64,000 nucleotides of DNA from Cystobasidiomycetes sp. EMM_F5 (GCA_051047955.1 JBPGPT010000002.1:496001-560000), one strand, 5' to 3'. Counted from the first letter of the stretch, positions 36,963 to 49,879 are shown. Numbers and translations: made by a program. The notes: generated by a model not told the origin, from the letters alone.

Positions 36963-38195
36963 ATGGATCCGGTAGCCAGTACCTCTGCTGTGCCGTACAC
37001 TGTGCAGCAGGACGATCGAGCAGACCAGGCGACCCGGACGTCAGATGACCTGGCCGATGAGTCTGAGCAAGGGTGGGCGCCGACATTCCCACAGAGAAAA
37101 AAATACAACTTGGCTCATGTTATGCTGTCTATCCTGGGCTTTCAGCGTCGTGGTCAAGGTAGGCTTCACGCGCTTCCGCTGTTGACATCGCCTTCGCGTG
37201 GCTTTCGTTGACCTGACTCTCGCGGCGTAATTTGGAATGCCCGTATAGGTCGGAATGGTTGGGGACGCGCAGATTGGCAAGACAAGCCTTATGGTCAAGT
37301 ATGTTGAAGGTAAGCTCCCGGTTTCGAAAGAATTCACCCAGGATACACACTCCAAATTGATGCATTTTGCTCCGTCAGGCTCATTCGATGAAGATTACAT
37401 TCAAACGCTTGGGGTAAAGTAAGCCTCTTCGATAAACATGTCTTTGATCTTCGACATGCTGACACTCATGGGTTCCATTGACAGTTTCATGGAAAAATGC
37501 GTAAGCTGCGACCCGAATCCAATGCCGCTCCGCGACTCAGCCTTCGCACTCCTGCTGCTCAGGTCTCCATTAGGAACACGCAAATCATTTTTTCAATATG
37601 GGATCTTGGTGGACAGCGGGAGTTTGTCAATATGCTTCCGCTAGTATGCAACGACGCAATTGCCATTCTCTTCATGTTTGATCTGTCACGCAAGAGTACA
37701 CTCAATTCGGTCAAAGAGTGGTATCGACAATCCAGAGGTTTCAACAAGACTGCCATCCCGCTGCTGGTGCATAGAGAAGCACAATTCGCGCCGACTCCGC
37801 TGTTCTGACTAGATTAGTATGCAGGTGGGGACAAAGTACGACCAATTTACGGCATTCACCCGAGACGAGCAAGAAGAGGTGACGAGACAGGTAACTCAAG
37901 TATCCGTACATTGTACCGAAGAGCTAATTTGCCTGAGTCTGTTGATCCATACAGTCACGAAGATTCGCCAAGGCAATGAAAGCTCCGCTCATCTACTGCT
38001 CCACTTCGCACTCCATCAATGTGCAAAAGATATTCAAGATTGTTCTAGCCAAAGTATGAATAATAGTTCTTGCCTACCGTCTGAATGTTTCTGATGAGTC
38101 TGATGAATATGTTTTCCTGCCAGGCATTCGATCTAAAATGCACGATCCCGGAGGTATCGGACTCAGGCGAACCTTTGCTTCTGTATTTGGATTGA
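36963..38195 (+). CDS. SPG1: Septation/mitotic-exit GTPase Spg1/Tem1
   Basis: [81 protein letters not shown]. Confidence 0.95.
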
Positions 38196-38806
38196 ACTTC
38201 TGCACAATCAGCACTTGGCGCATCGCGAGAATTTGGCCGTAGCTGGACATACGAATCTGCGGAGTGCTGGTGTCGTGACGCGGATCCGTACCTAGGATCT
38301 CTGCTTTGTAACATAATGTAGTTTGATTAGTTGCTCAATCCCGCTCGCTAAGGACGTCCGCCTCCAAAAATCAGTCCGGCGAATGGCACGGCCCTTGCTA
38401 CCCGTTCCGCTTGTCCTTAGTACAACTGCCTCGGAAGACGCGATCACTGACTTTGTCTTTCAGACGCCCTCCGAATCCATGCAAATGATGTAAGACGATG
38501 GTTCTTCCGCGACTATGCTCTTGAACCTTCGAAACGCCGTCCTCTCTGTTAGACACTAATTTACTGACAACGGAACGATTCCCATGCTAATGCTACTGCA
38601 GCATTGGCCTCCCGCAGCAGATTCATCATCCACGCAGACCAAAGACTCGCAATACTAGGTGGCATACATTTTCTCTGTTCGTAGTGCAACCGCACTATGC
38701 TAGTGCCTGGTGTTCGGCTAGAAGTCTTACGCAATTCGACGGGTCTACCCTGTCTTAGTGCCTTCGCTAGCCTGAATCTGATGAAACGTTCACGTACCAT
38801 CCAAAG

Positions 38807-38815
38807 TATTTAAAA
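38807..38815 (+). promoter_or_regulatory. Candidate TATA box (TATTTAAAA) for the secreted-protein gene
   Basis: AT-rich box followed by a CT-rich and CAA-rich leader, about 140 nt upstream of the ATG at 38951. Confidence 0.5.
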
Positions 38816-38950
38816 ATTTCCTTTGCCTGCCTCTCGCTCAACTTTCCATCCATTCCACAACCACCAACAATCAATCCATCAACCCCCTAAGTCACACTCT
38901 TTCAACCTACACAATACCGTACACATCTTCGACATTCTCTTCCGACAAAC

Positions 38951-40008
38951 ATGCTTTACTCCTATCTCATCTCTGCAGCCTTCTCGCTCTCCGCCGTTGT
39001 CGCGCACCAACCACGTCAAATCAACGATGTGACCAATGTCATTGGTGCCGTTGGTGCCAAAGTCGGAGTCTTGTCAAACACCGGACATGATAATGTCGTA
39101 AGCACATGACTGCTCAGGTGCTTGGTATGTACAGCTAAAACAGAAGACGCAGTTCGGCCGATCCAAGAAAATGCTCAAAGCAAAGCGGGACTTGTATTCC
39201 ACTGGTGCGACAGCTTTGTACAGATGAATACGTAATACAGCTGAGGGTGAATGTGCAGTCAAGCTGGGCGAGCTTTCGGTCTCTGTGAATGCACTCGTGT
39301 CTGAAGCGATCGATGCTCTCAACCCTGTTCTCGCGGACATCGACGCGACACTAGTCGATATTGTTGGCAAGACTGAAGATGATGTTTTCGGAGCCCTCAT
39401 CGGTCCCTTCACCGTCGTAGAAGACATCCTTGCTGGATTGAGTGGTAACCTAGCCGGTCTCGGCGGAGTAGCGCTCAAGGAGAAGCGTGACGTGGTCAGC
39501 AGCCAGCAAGTAGCTACCACGCTCGCGTCCCTTCTGCAGAGCGTTGCGAATGGTGGGTTCATTAGACGTATAGACCTTTCATAGTAATTGATGACCCATT
39601 ATCATTCAGCTGTCAACCTTGTCGAAAGCACTACTGGAAGTCTTGTGAGGAACATACTTCATTTTGTATGCCCGCATATCTGACATCACTCGTTGGACAG
39701 AAACTGCAACCCATTTTCTTCCTCATCAATGGTAAGCGGTCGTCCTGCATATGCATAACCTCTCCCGACTGACTTGTATTCACCAGGCGACCTGTCCAAC
39801 ATCCTCAGCACTGTTGGAAACCTGCTCATCGGCGTGCTTTCCCTCGTACAAGATCTGGCGAGTCCAAAATTGAGACGCTACGTGTATCAAAAGGCTGACA
39901 GGTTGACTATGCTAACAGCTTGCTGGGGTACTCGGAACGGTCGTCGGTCTTCCAATCATTGGACAGCTGCTTGGTGGCCTTCTTGGAGGTGTTTTGGGCG
40001 GACTTTGA
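38951..40008 (+). CDS. Small secreted, Cys-free, Leu/Val/Gly-rich protein (Sc15/repellent-like)
   Basis: Signal peptide MLYSYLISAAFSLSAVVA, PR and EKR cleavage-like sites, amphipathic segments, C-terminus IGQLLGGLLGGVLGGL; five introns, the last one GC-AG. Confidence 0.75.
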
Positions 40009-40291
40009 CATAGATCACTGCCACAACTCGTCTAGCGCCAGCTGCAAGCATTATCATCAATTTCCCTCCTGTTTGCCCAATAGTATCGTTTCGTAGTGCA
40101 GAGAATACCGAAGCTATGCTTTTAGTAACATCCGAGATATGGACATGCCGCCAATGCCATAAAGCCATACCATCTCGATTGCGCTGCCACCCCTTTGCTA
40201 CAAACATTGCGTAGTAACTACGTCCGAGTACTGCTTCGTAGAGAAGTCGCGTCGTTGGACACCGGTCCCCTCCGTCTTTAGATTGAAGTCT

Positions 40292-41826
40292 TTACCAGCC
40301 AGTACCCCACCCTCCATTCGCCTCTTCCGCCTTCTTCTTAGCTTTCTCTGCTGCTACTCGCGGAGCTTCTTTTGCCTGCAGATCTGCGCGGAGGACGCCT
40401 TCTCCTACGAGTGCTTCGTAAACCGCAAGCGTGACTACCATACCATTTCAGCTAATCAATTAGTCGGACATCAGTACTACCCACAGTAAGCATCGTTGCC
40501 CGCGTTATGCAACCGCCTCGCAGGGATCTGCAGTAACTGTAGCGCTTTGGAAAGACCAATCTGACTGATTGAGCCGGGTATTCCACTCGCCGCAAACAGC
40601 TTTTGCGTATCTTGGATATAGACGGTACCAGCTTGTAAGACGATATCGTTGGCTTCGCCCACAGGTCGGTCTGCATCGATTTTAGGGAGATCCATCTGCC
40701 AATTTGATGTGTCCATGCCTAGCGTCTTGAAGTATGAAATTTCGGATGACGCACTGTGCGTGACGAGCAGGACTGGGACCCGTTTAGACAGGTGATTCAC
40801 CTTTTGCGCAAACATGTTGACAGTGTCGGCTTCACTGATAGTCATTGATTTGCCGAATATAAAATGCTGTAAATTAAGGTTCTGTCAAGCAGTGAAAGGA
40901 ATTACCTTCGCGTAGGGAAGCCTACATTTCGATTATCAGGCGTATATGTGCCATTTCTGTATCCTAGAGCATCACTGATGACTATATACATACTCAGTGA
41001 GTGATTAATCGGACGAACGCATATAGACTGACTTGCATGCTGGCATTCAACGCTCGTTTGCATAATCCCGTCCAATTCACCATGCCACTCGATGATTGCC
41101 CAACCGATTTCCCTGTTGGCAGGTATGCACATCAGATACCAGATCATGAAACTACGCGTCGCTTCGTTATTGTCAGTACTATGCGAAGACTCACAAGATT
41201 ACAGAATGTTCGTGTTCATAGCTTTCAACATCGACGGAGACGACTGCTCCATGCCCCGTCCTTGTAAAGTCATCATAGACCTTCTTGTTCTGTTGATATA
41301 GATCGGCATTGTGCGTCAGACGCAAGCCAGACCGAGTAGCTTGTAGGGCTTCTGTCGATGTAAATTTAACGGGTTCTATAGTCGAGAAGGCACTCGGCTC
41401 GACTCGTTTACCAGAAGCCACGTAGAGACCGTTCGGATCTAGTTCAGGATAGGCTGCCACCACAATCGCTCGGAGGGAGTTGGCGCTGCTAGAGTGGAAA
41501 TATACGCCAGTTGCCCCGCTTGAGGCCAACGTGCACTTGTAGAATTGATGCGGACCAGCCCACTCCTGTCAGAGACGATATGTCAGGTCACTAAGCGACT
41601 CTATGCCATGAATCACAGCCAACACTGCCTTGCGGGGCGTTGGGCGACCCCTTGATGAGCCACTCCTGTTTCAAAAAGCTATTCGCAAAAGGCTTCGGAC
41701 ACCCTCTGTAGATGAGATGACTGAGCCAGCTCCTTGCTGTTTCGCGTTATATAAGTCAGACCAGGGTTAGTACGCAGTGTGTCCTTGCCACGCACTGAGA
41801 GCTTCGTACGAATAGTAGCAGTCCAT
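40292..41826 (-). CDS. Gfd2/YDR514C-like protein (RNase H-like DEDDh exonuclease fold)
   Basis: VSVDVESYEHEHSVIL|EIGWA, NGTYTPDNR|HFIFG, LLVTHS..E, IQDTQKLFAA, LHNAGNDAY. Confidence 0.8.
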
Positions 41827-42440
41827 CAGACCGGCGATGGCACTTCGCCAGACTGTCTCGAAGAAAGATGAGGAATTATAGCCGCCAACTCGTGTCTGCC
41901 GGAACGCCAGTCGGGCTATTCTCGCGTTCGCCTGTCAGACTTCACGGACGAATCGTGCCGTCGAGTACTAGCAATGTCGCGACGGCGGGCAATGGTTTCA
42001 GCATACATGCAGAGCGGTCATTCATAAACAGCGTTATGAGGGCTGTACATGATGGTTTCGCATGTATGGGCACAATACAAGGTCATAAAGCCGTTCCAGC
42101 CGCTCCATACTCAGACGCGCAAACAAGAATGCAGCAAAATCCATAACTGCATTGCTCATTGCTGCCCGTACGGAGTCTGCACCTTGTGTCTCCAGCTGTA
42201 GCCGCCTACTTTGTATGCCCGCGTAGCCTCAGGTTTCTATGCAGCATATTCGAATAGCCTAACATTTTCGCATTTGGAAAGTCGCACTCCCAACGGGACT
42301 GCATTGTACGCGTATTGTCCTTGCTCAGCGTGATTGAGTGCGGCTATCGTGCAAGATATAGGCATATTCTTGCATTTGATCAGAAGTCAAGCTGCGTCGA
42401 CGCCGAAACACCGTAACAATACTCTTGCACCAATCTGGGC

Positions 42441-45347
42441 ATGGCCAACCAGGCCAGTCAAGGCTATGCAAAGGCGTACCCCCAAGACTACCGCCCGGAC
42501 GCCAGGCAGCGCGGCCGTGTCAGTATCGCCCACGTACTGCCGGCGTCAAAGGCCGGCGTACTTCGCGGCAAGACTCGCGGACTTCCAGCAGACCTCATAT
42601 TCAGCACCGTCCTCGCCCAATTCATCCTATGCCTGTCTTTGCATCTCGTCAAGGAATGGCTCCTCAGTTCTGGTGGACGCGCCCCGGTAGTCGCAGTAAA
42701 CGTGCGGCTGCTGGGTATCGCGACTGTGCTTCTGGGCGCTTGGTACAGACCGTGGAGATTATCCGGAATGCGTATAAAAGTGGGCTATACAGCGACTCTG
42801 CAGAAGGAAACGCTAGCTAAACAATGCTTTACAAAAAGTCGCCACTACTGCTCGTTTACGGCGCGCTCGTGTGCGCTGAAAGTCTGGCATTTCTGACTGC
42901 AGTGGACCAGCTTCCAGTGCTGAGGTTAGCACAATGTGGAATCAATGTGGCTTAGTCATTTTGCTAAAGCAATCTCCTTCTCATCCAGGGTCATCATGCT
43001 CACGCAGACGAGCGAATTGTGGACATACGGACTGCAAGCCATGCGCAGGCCGAATGCAGCAATCGCAGTGAATTCTTCCAGAGCGCAAGTTTGTTCCTCA
43101 TTTCTCGCTGACAGAACTTGACAGAGAAACGCCAATTTCGTCGCACTGGCTACAACCGGAGCAGCATACGTTGCTGAGATATACCTCAATCGCGGTGGGT
43201 GACCCTTCTTCGTGCAACATACAGTATCCCACTCACGTTTCGTTTTAACATCCAGAACTCACAAGAGCAGCCGTCAACACCGGCTATCTGGCTATTGCAG
43301 CCTTCCTTACTGTCAGCGCTACCAGACGAGATCTGTCGCTGAGCCTTGTCCCGCAAGAAGCATCGCCATCTCCGGACAAATCCGATGTATCTCAAATGCA
43401 CGGTCGTCTTCACGCTCTCGGCGTGGCAACGTCACTCCCATTCGCCTTTGCGACCACATTCCTTCAGCCATCAGCGATGCCATCAGACGAATTGCCTTCG
43501 ACCATGGTCTTACCAACACTAGCCTTCTTTGCTCTCGCTTTTCATCTAGTCATCCCGATACTAGAAGCATCGGCACGAAGTCGCGTCGTTACAATCAAGC
43601 TCTTTAAACTCGAATGGCCAACGGCAGTAGCTACTGCTGCTTTTGTAGGCACGACGGCATTCGAGCGAATGATGCACGTTACAGATTTCGTAGTCATGGC
43701 CATCGCATACTTTGGTAGGTCAACGTCTGATCGTTTTTACCGGTATAACATCTGATACCATAGCACATTGCGCATTTTAGGCATCACGCAAATTCTGTAT
43801 GCAGATCCTCGGCTACGAGCAGAAGCAAGCGGTGTCAATGACACTTCATCGGCTTCTGCCGGATACCAAACAAGCAAGAAAGAGAGTACTACCGCACTAG
43901 AAAGCCTGGAGAGCCAGTACCGGCACGTAAGGAGTACGATCAAGACTATCCTACTAAATCCAGACAGTCGCAAAATCTACTTTTTCTTGTGCCTTAACCT
44001 GGCATTCATGTTTGTGCAGATGATGTGGGTTCACTGCACGTACAAAAACTATTCTTTTTTAGCTTAGCTAAATATTGGCTTGAAATTGATAGGTATGGTA
44101 TCTGGACAAACAGTCTTGGCCTAATTTCAGATTGTGAGCAAGTTCTTATATTGGTTGTATCGGAGAACTGACATGTTCTGAAGCAATACACATGTTTTTT
44201 GACTGCTTGGCGCTTGGTATGGGCCTGTTTGCCAGTGTCATGGCTACATGGCCCCGTAACGAAACTTTCACTTACGGGTAAGCTTGCATTACAAGCGGTG
44301 TGAATGTCTTTCGGACTCACTGACGGTTCCGTCATTATAGCTACGCCCGCGTGGAGACGCTGTCTGGATTCGCAAACGGGATATTCCTCATTCTCATATC
44401 CATATTTATCGTCTTTGAAGCTATTCAGAGGCTGATAGATCCGCCAGAGATGAATACCAATCAGCTACTGCTCGTCTCCGTCGCTGGCCTAGGTATCAAC
44501 CTTGTCGGCATGTTTGCAACCGGTCACCATCATCATGGCCACTCGGTGAGCGTCTCGATTTCGCTCCCGGGTCCAGCTTGCTAACTTTGTTGACAGCACG
44601 GCGGGCACGACCACGACCATGGGCATGGGCATTCTCATGCCGACCACGGCCACAGTCATGGTCATTCGCACAATATGCACGGTGTCTTTTTGGTGAGGCC
44701 ACGACTTGAATCTTGGTTGAAAGCTCCTGACATCGTTGGAACCGTGATGGTTTTGCAGCACGTTATGGCAGACACCTTAGGATCAGTTGGCGTCATCATC
44801 TCCACCCTGCTCATCAACAGATACGGCTGGACAGGGTTCGATCCGATAGCTTCCATCTTCATTGCCGTTCTCATCTTTGCATCAGTCGTTCCGCTCGTCA
44901 CAGAGTCGGGTCGACTGCTGTGCTTGGATATTGGCGTAGATCATGAAAAAGACGTGAGAAGCGCGTTAGCGAAAGTACGTGTCACGAGCTATTGCGACTC
45001 TCTTCATAGGTACATCACTGATGACAAAGTGATTGCAGCTGAGCAACATAGAAGGATTGTCATCGTACGCCGCTGCGCGGTTCTGGCCCAAGGATCCATC
45101 TACGATGATTGGCTCGATACATGTTCAGCTCGCACCCTCTCCTTCGCACGATCGGGCACACCAGCATGGCCAAAGCCGAGCAAACGGCAATGTACATAAT
45201 CACGCAGCGCATCATGCGAATGTTGAGCGGGTCGTCAACAGAGTAGAGAGCATCCTCAAAAGCGGTATACAAGGGCTTGTGGACCTCACAATTCAGGTCG
45301 AACCGACCGAGGGTAGCGATATGTGTACTTGTATGGTGGTCATCTAG
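42441..45347 (+). CDS. MSC2: CDF zinc transporter, Msc2/Cis4/ZnT5-type
   Basis: DSRKIYFFLCLNLAFMFVQ, TNSLGLISD..HMFFDC, FTYG..RVETLSGFANG, His-rich loop, NMHGVFL|HVMADTLGSVGVI, GSIHVQ. Confidence 0.9.
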
Positions 45348-45904
45348 AATCGGAGGTTTTTCGTTGAGGGCAAACGTTGTATAATCTTTAGTATTCAAAG
45401 GCTCGATGGTGGAGTCAGCATACGGAAGTGGGCAGCAATGTACTCGTGCGAATGCATAGGTCAAATTTTGAGTATTCGAACAATTGCATTACTGTTGCAG
45501 GAATCACGAAAGATAATCTACGAGCCGACTTGAATTCTTGTGTTGCTCAACAGTACATGTGTAAGCAGCAGAAATGCAAACGGAAGGAAAAAGGGAGAGT
45601 GCACTTCTTCTGCAGAGGTGGGTCAGAATGGACGGAAGTTTGAACGTGTTGCGGAAAAAGCAGCTATGTAGCTTTGGTCCAGCCTGATTGGAAAGCATTC
45701 TGCTTTGTCTGGCAGTTAATCCTTTTGCTATCGTATTGTATCATTCTGGGCTACTGATGGCCTCTTTATAATTGTGTTTCCGGCGCAGCACAAGCGGAGT
45801 CTATCGGACATGGGAGCGTAAGCAGGTAGTCTAGATTGGTTACAATCTAATTACGCACGTGTTCCTTTGGACTGGATTTCGCTTCGTTTGACGGACCGTG
45901 GCCC

Positions 45905-46779
45905 TCAGGCACGGTAATAGCCTGAATCATCGGCTTCATTGTCGCCTCTCTTGTATTGCCTCTTGTCTCGTGCTCCAGGGAGAAGGCTTGGGTGAATGTT
46001 GGCTAAAGTTATAGCGAGAGTAGCACGGCGCCCACGGGCAATCGGAGACATCAGCTGAGAAAGCTTGCTCTCGACTTTGAAGCTGTGATATAAACGCACG
46101 CATGACACCACCTTCGGAGATCGTAACGTGCTTCAGCAAAAGGCGCAGCTCCTCGTCGTTGGATACGGCAAGCATAATGTGTCTGGACGGATTGGATGGG
46201 TTAAGACGTAATGATAGTAAGTGATCAAGTAAGTTGTAACCACAATTGCTTGCATCACTCACCGGCCCTTGATACGCTGCTTGTTATTGTCTGTTTAAGC
46301 AGAGGAGAAGCGGACTGGAGATGTGAGCCTGTACGTTAGTCCGCCGGAACCCTAAGTGCCACGTACCACGAGCAGCATTGCCTGCCAGCTCTACGACCTC
46401 CGCGATGAGGCTGTTGAGAATTTTGAGCCAAACAGCATCTATCAACAACGCACACGAACGTACTATTCAACGACAGCGGCCAGATAGACTGCAGACAAGA
46501 CAGAAAGATCAAGTTTCGCTCCGCTGGCAGTATAAGCATGACCTACTGGGAGTCGTTTCTCCAATCCTGTACTTTTTGCCGTGCATCTTGCGCAGGTATC
46601 TGTCCATCCTACTGACTGGGAAGATCAATCCAGCTAAAAGGAGATGCTGCAATGTCAGCAAATCATCAACGTTGATCAGTCATGAGGGCGTGCTCACCCT
46701 TTTCGGCTTTCGTGACACGCTTTGGCGCGTCCTTGTCGTAAATTTTGATGTGTTTTCCGCCATGTTTGCCTGCTGCCAT
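45905..46779 (-). CDS. Divergent histone H2A variant, copy 1 (~148 aa, 7 exons)
   Basis: Spliced: ..KAEK|AGLIFPVSRMDRYLRKMHGKKYRIGETTP|IYLAAVVEY|LIAEVVELAGNAAR|DNNKQRIKGR|HIMLAVSNDEELRLLLKHVTISEGGVM|PNIHPSLLP.. Confidence 0.9.
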
Positions 46780-47365
46780 GTCTGATGACGAGGGGTCTGT
46801 GGGTAGTAGGAGACGTGAAAGAGTAATGGGCAATGTAGAATGGCTACAAGGCTGATAGTGGTGTTTGAGAAGTTTGTCTGCAGGAGTGAAGAGGTCTGAG
46901 AAGAGGAGTAAAAGAGAGGAGGAAACGAGCCAAAACAAAACAAAAACGCGTCCTTCTCTTTTTGCCACTCTATCGTTTCCAAAGCCGTTGAACGCCTGTA
47001 TTTAGCACTTACAACAGGTCGTACAGACCGGATGTGTCGTTTGTTGTGCACCTATTGATGGTACATGAGCGGCAAGAACACTGAAAACTACAGGGCACGA
47101 TGGAGAAAGTGAGAAGACAGCCTACGGAGCGTCGAGGTGTTTGTTCTAGAACGTCTGCGACCCTCACGTCGAGTACCTGTTCGGCGGATACTCTTCTGCA
47201 TCGTTGGCAAGAAGTCTAATGTGCCGGCAACCTGGCTTTGCGAGTCTTGTTATGCGTTATTCGATTTCAGCGCTTTCGACCAGAGCTTCGTCCTGAGAAG
47301 GTCGGCAATCCCATCTAGAGGAATTTATGAGCTGAAAGAATGCAAGCTTGTAAGTGATGCAAGGC

Positions 47366-48307
47366 TCACTGGTCACAGACTTTCTTTGAGCGGACTTGGC
47401 GTAAAGCAAGCTGAGGAAGCCATAGCCAGCCGCTTTTCAAGCGCAGTGGTTACGCGAGCAACTGATTTCCTCCTCTTCTCCTTTGTCAACTTCCTGTTCC
47501 TATCTGTTAGCCTACACATTGGGTTGATATTCGCTTGTTATGAGGTAGGGAAATGAGGATCAGAATGAGATTCAACGAAACATGAGCTGGCTGGAGGCGA
47601 AAGGTATGTACCCTCGACAGACTTACGCATTGCACTAGCGGCAGAGATTGTGACATGTTTGAGCATGATGCTCAATTCCGCATCAAAGGCAGCGGCCAGT
47701 TTGGTGTGGCTGGAAGCGGTACCGGTTCGACACAAAGAAGCGGTGTCAGCAGAGAGATACACACATGTCAGCCAAGACGTCTCATTTACCGCTCTCCGAT
47801 TCGATGAGCTTTGTCACCTAATGACGGTAGGGGATCGAAAACGAAAATTGAGCGTTGTATCATCATCCTGACAGATATGGCAGGTCGCACGTTGAGCAGC
47901 AATCCCTGCGACCTCTAGAACTTCTGCAATGAGGCTGCAAGTGTGAGACAAGCACGGTGAGAGTCATTCACAATGTTTAACGACAAACATACTACTCGCC
48001 AACTGCAGCGAGATAGACTGTACTCATGAGCGTCAGATGGCTTAATTGCTGTACGGGGAATGATGCCTCGTCACCCACTCGGTGCCGCTTGTCCGATGCT
48101 GAATTTTCCAGTGTGCATCTTGCGTAGGTATCTGTCTACCTTCCCGACAGGAAAGGTCAGCCCGGCTGCAAGAACAATGTAATGTCAGATCATACAATGC
48201 GGATCAGTCGTGCAATTGTTCGCACCTTTTACAGTCCTCGAGTTGTTCTTTGGCGAGTGCTCGCGCGTATAGTCGATCTCTTGAGCGTGGTAGTCGCGAA
48301 CTGCCAT
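47366..48307 (-). CDS. Highly divergent histone H2A variant, copy 2 (~172 aa, 7 exons)
   Basis: Spliced: ..SRTVK|AGLTFPVGKVDRYLRKMHTGKFSIGQAAP|IYLAAVGEY|LIAEVLEVAGIAAQ|RDKAHRIGER|HTKLAAAFDAELSIMLKHVTISAASAM|PNINPM plus a basic tail. The last acceptor (AAG) is less certain. Confidence 0.8.
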
Positions 48308-48727
48308 GACTCTAACGGTGAAAGGGGTCAGTGCGTTGCGAGGTGGGATTGATCATTTAAGATGCAAGAGGACTCGGATTAAAAGTCAGACGTTGAATGT
48401 GTCGTTATGGAGTAAAAGTGAATGACAACAGCCTTGGACAGCGTCACAAATCTCGGCACCGCGACCTTCTCCTTTGCCACTCCTGCATTTGCAACTGGCA
48501 ATGCTGCGGTGCATCTTCACAGGACAAGACAGATTCAAGGAAGATAGCAGGAAATGCATCTATTGTATCGGTAGACTGGCAACTGAGTGTTGACGCGTGC
48601 TTCGGATTGACCAGCTCAATCGCCTAACGCAGGCAGAGTGTTACAGCGCGAGAGTGCTCTTTCAGGCTTCCCTTCGCTGAAAACGGCCATTACTGTCTTT
48701 TATCACTCTGCCGTCATGTGTATGCGC

Positions 48728-49591
48728 TCAGAAAGGTAAAGTTGCCTTGTCAGTCGTTTTGGCAGCTATGCGGGCCTGTAGAAAAGCAAATTGTGTCAGC
48801 GGGCGTCGACACAGTAGAGATACACAATTCACCTTGTTGTAGTCCTCAATCCGCTTTGGCATACTCTCCATTCTTGCTTTTCTGTCTGCTATCCTCGCCG
48901 GCTGCGTTCGTTCCCATTTGTGCAATTTGAATTCTCTACCTGGCCTGCCTTTATACGGACCCGCCGTAGGTTTTGTGAGATTCTGTCTGAGCTTGTTGAT
49001 AGCTTCTTCCTCCGTGGTTTCCGGTGCCTTCACTGGTACAAACGGTAATAGATTTTGCACGGGCTGTTGCCCCGGCGACACTCGCATAGCAGCGCGTATG
49101 AGCTTCTTCTGCTGTCGAGCCTTGTATAGTGGGGTGGAATAGACACGTCGACGACCATTCGTGCTAAGAAAGGACGGAGAAGCTTGACCTTGCGTATCAA
49201 TGCCAGTGGAGGCTGCTTCTGAGGAGCGGGGAAACGGCATGCTCTCTGAAATGAACGGACTGTTTGATTCCGTCCAAGGCAGAGATCTTGCTATCTTGCG
49301 GAATGATTTGAATTGTGACATTGGACTTTTCTTGTGAACGGACTTGAGCGTCAATCGGAACGGCGGCCTCGTTGAAGACGAGCTGGATGCAATAGAGGAT
49401 GATGGGGATGTCGAAGATGACGATGATTGTGTTTGCGCGGCGACATGCCTGCTGCTCCTCGGTTCACTCTTCTGTGCTGGACTGCCCGGTCGCAGCCCTA
49501 GTCGATGTTGCTCCCGCTCATAAAAGCGACCCAACAGCCGTACAGCATTAACAGCGCTTCGGCTTTGGATAACAGCTTGTTGCATAGACAT
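48728..49591 (-). CDS. Mitochondrial ribosomal protein mL59 (MrpL25)-like
   Basis: Presequence-like N-terminus; SPFL...PLYKARQQKKLIRAA; GPYKGR..FKLHKWER..RKARMESMPKRIEDY; ends LPF. Confidence 0.75.
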   Translation of the reverse strand: MSMQQAVIQSRSAVNAVRLLGRFYEREQHRLGLRPGSPAQKSEPRSSRHVAAQTQSSSSSTSPSSSIASSSSSTRPPFRLTLKSVHKKSPMSQFKSFRKIARSLPWTESNSPFISESMPFPRSSEAASTGIDTQGQASPSFLSTNGRRRVYSTPLYKARQQKKLIRAAMRVSPGQQPVQNLLPFVPVKAPETTEEEAINKLRQNLTKPTAGPYKGRPGREFKLHKWERTQPARIADRKARMESMPKRIEDYNKVNCVSLLCRRPLTQFAFLQARIAAKTTDKATLPF

Positions 49592-49879
49592 GTTGCTAGA
49601 TTGTTGGCAAGAAGCCGCATTACCGTATCTCGCATGTCCTGCTGCCAAATGATGATCGGGCGTCATGCAGAGCAAGCCATCAAGGACAGCCTTCGATACG
49701 ATAAGAGCATGGGTTGCATCGAGCATACATCAAATCTGGATTACTACTGCCTCCCAAAACGAAACACGAAAAATACTTAGTTTAGCCGATTCCTTGATTA
49801 ACCCATGCACTCTACCCGTGAGCGCTGCTCTAGCACTGCACAACGCCCAGCGGTTCTTCCCCTGTTTTCCATCCATCCA

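Noticed and set aside
38485..38600. ATGATG...CTGA as a second box C/D snoRNA, or an orphan GTAAGA..GCTAAT..CAG intron
   Set aside because: Only an 8-nt rRNA-complementary stretch (CACTAATT), no terminal stem and no host gene. Too weak without an Rfam scan or RNA data.
44520..44680. CAC/CAT/GGC-rich repetitive tract
   Set aside because: Encodes the ordinary His-rich loop of the CDF zinc transporter.
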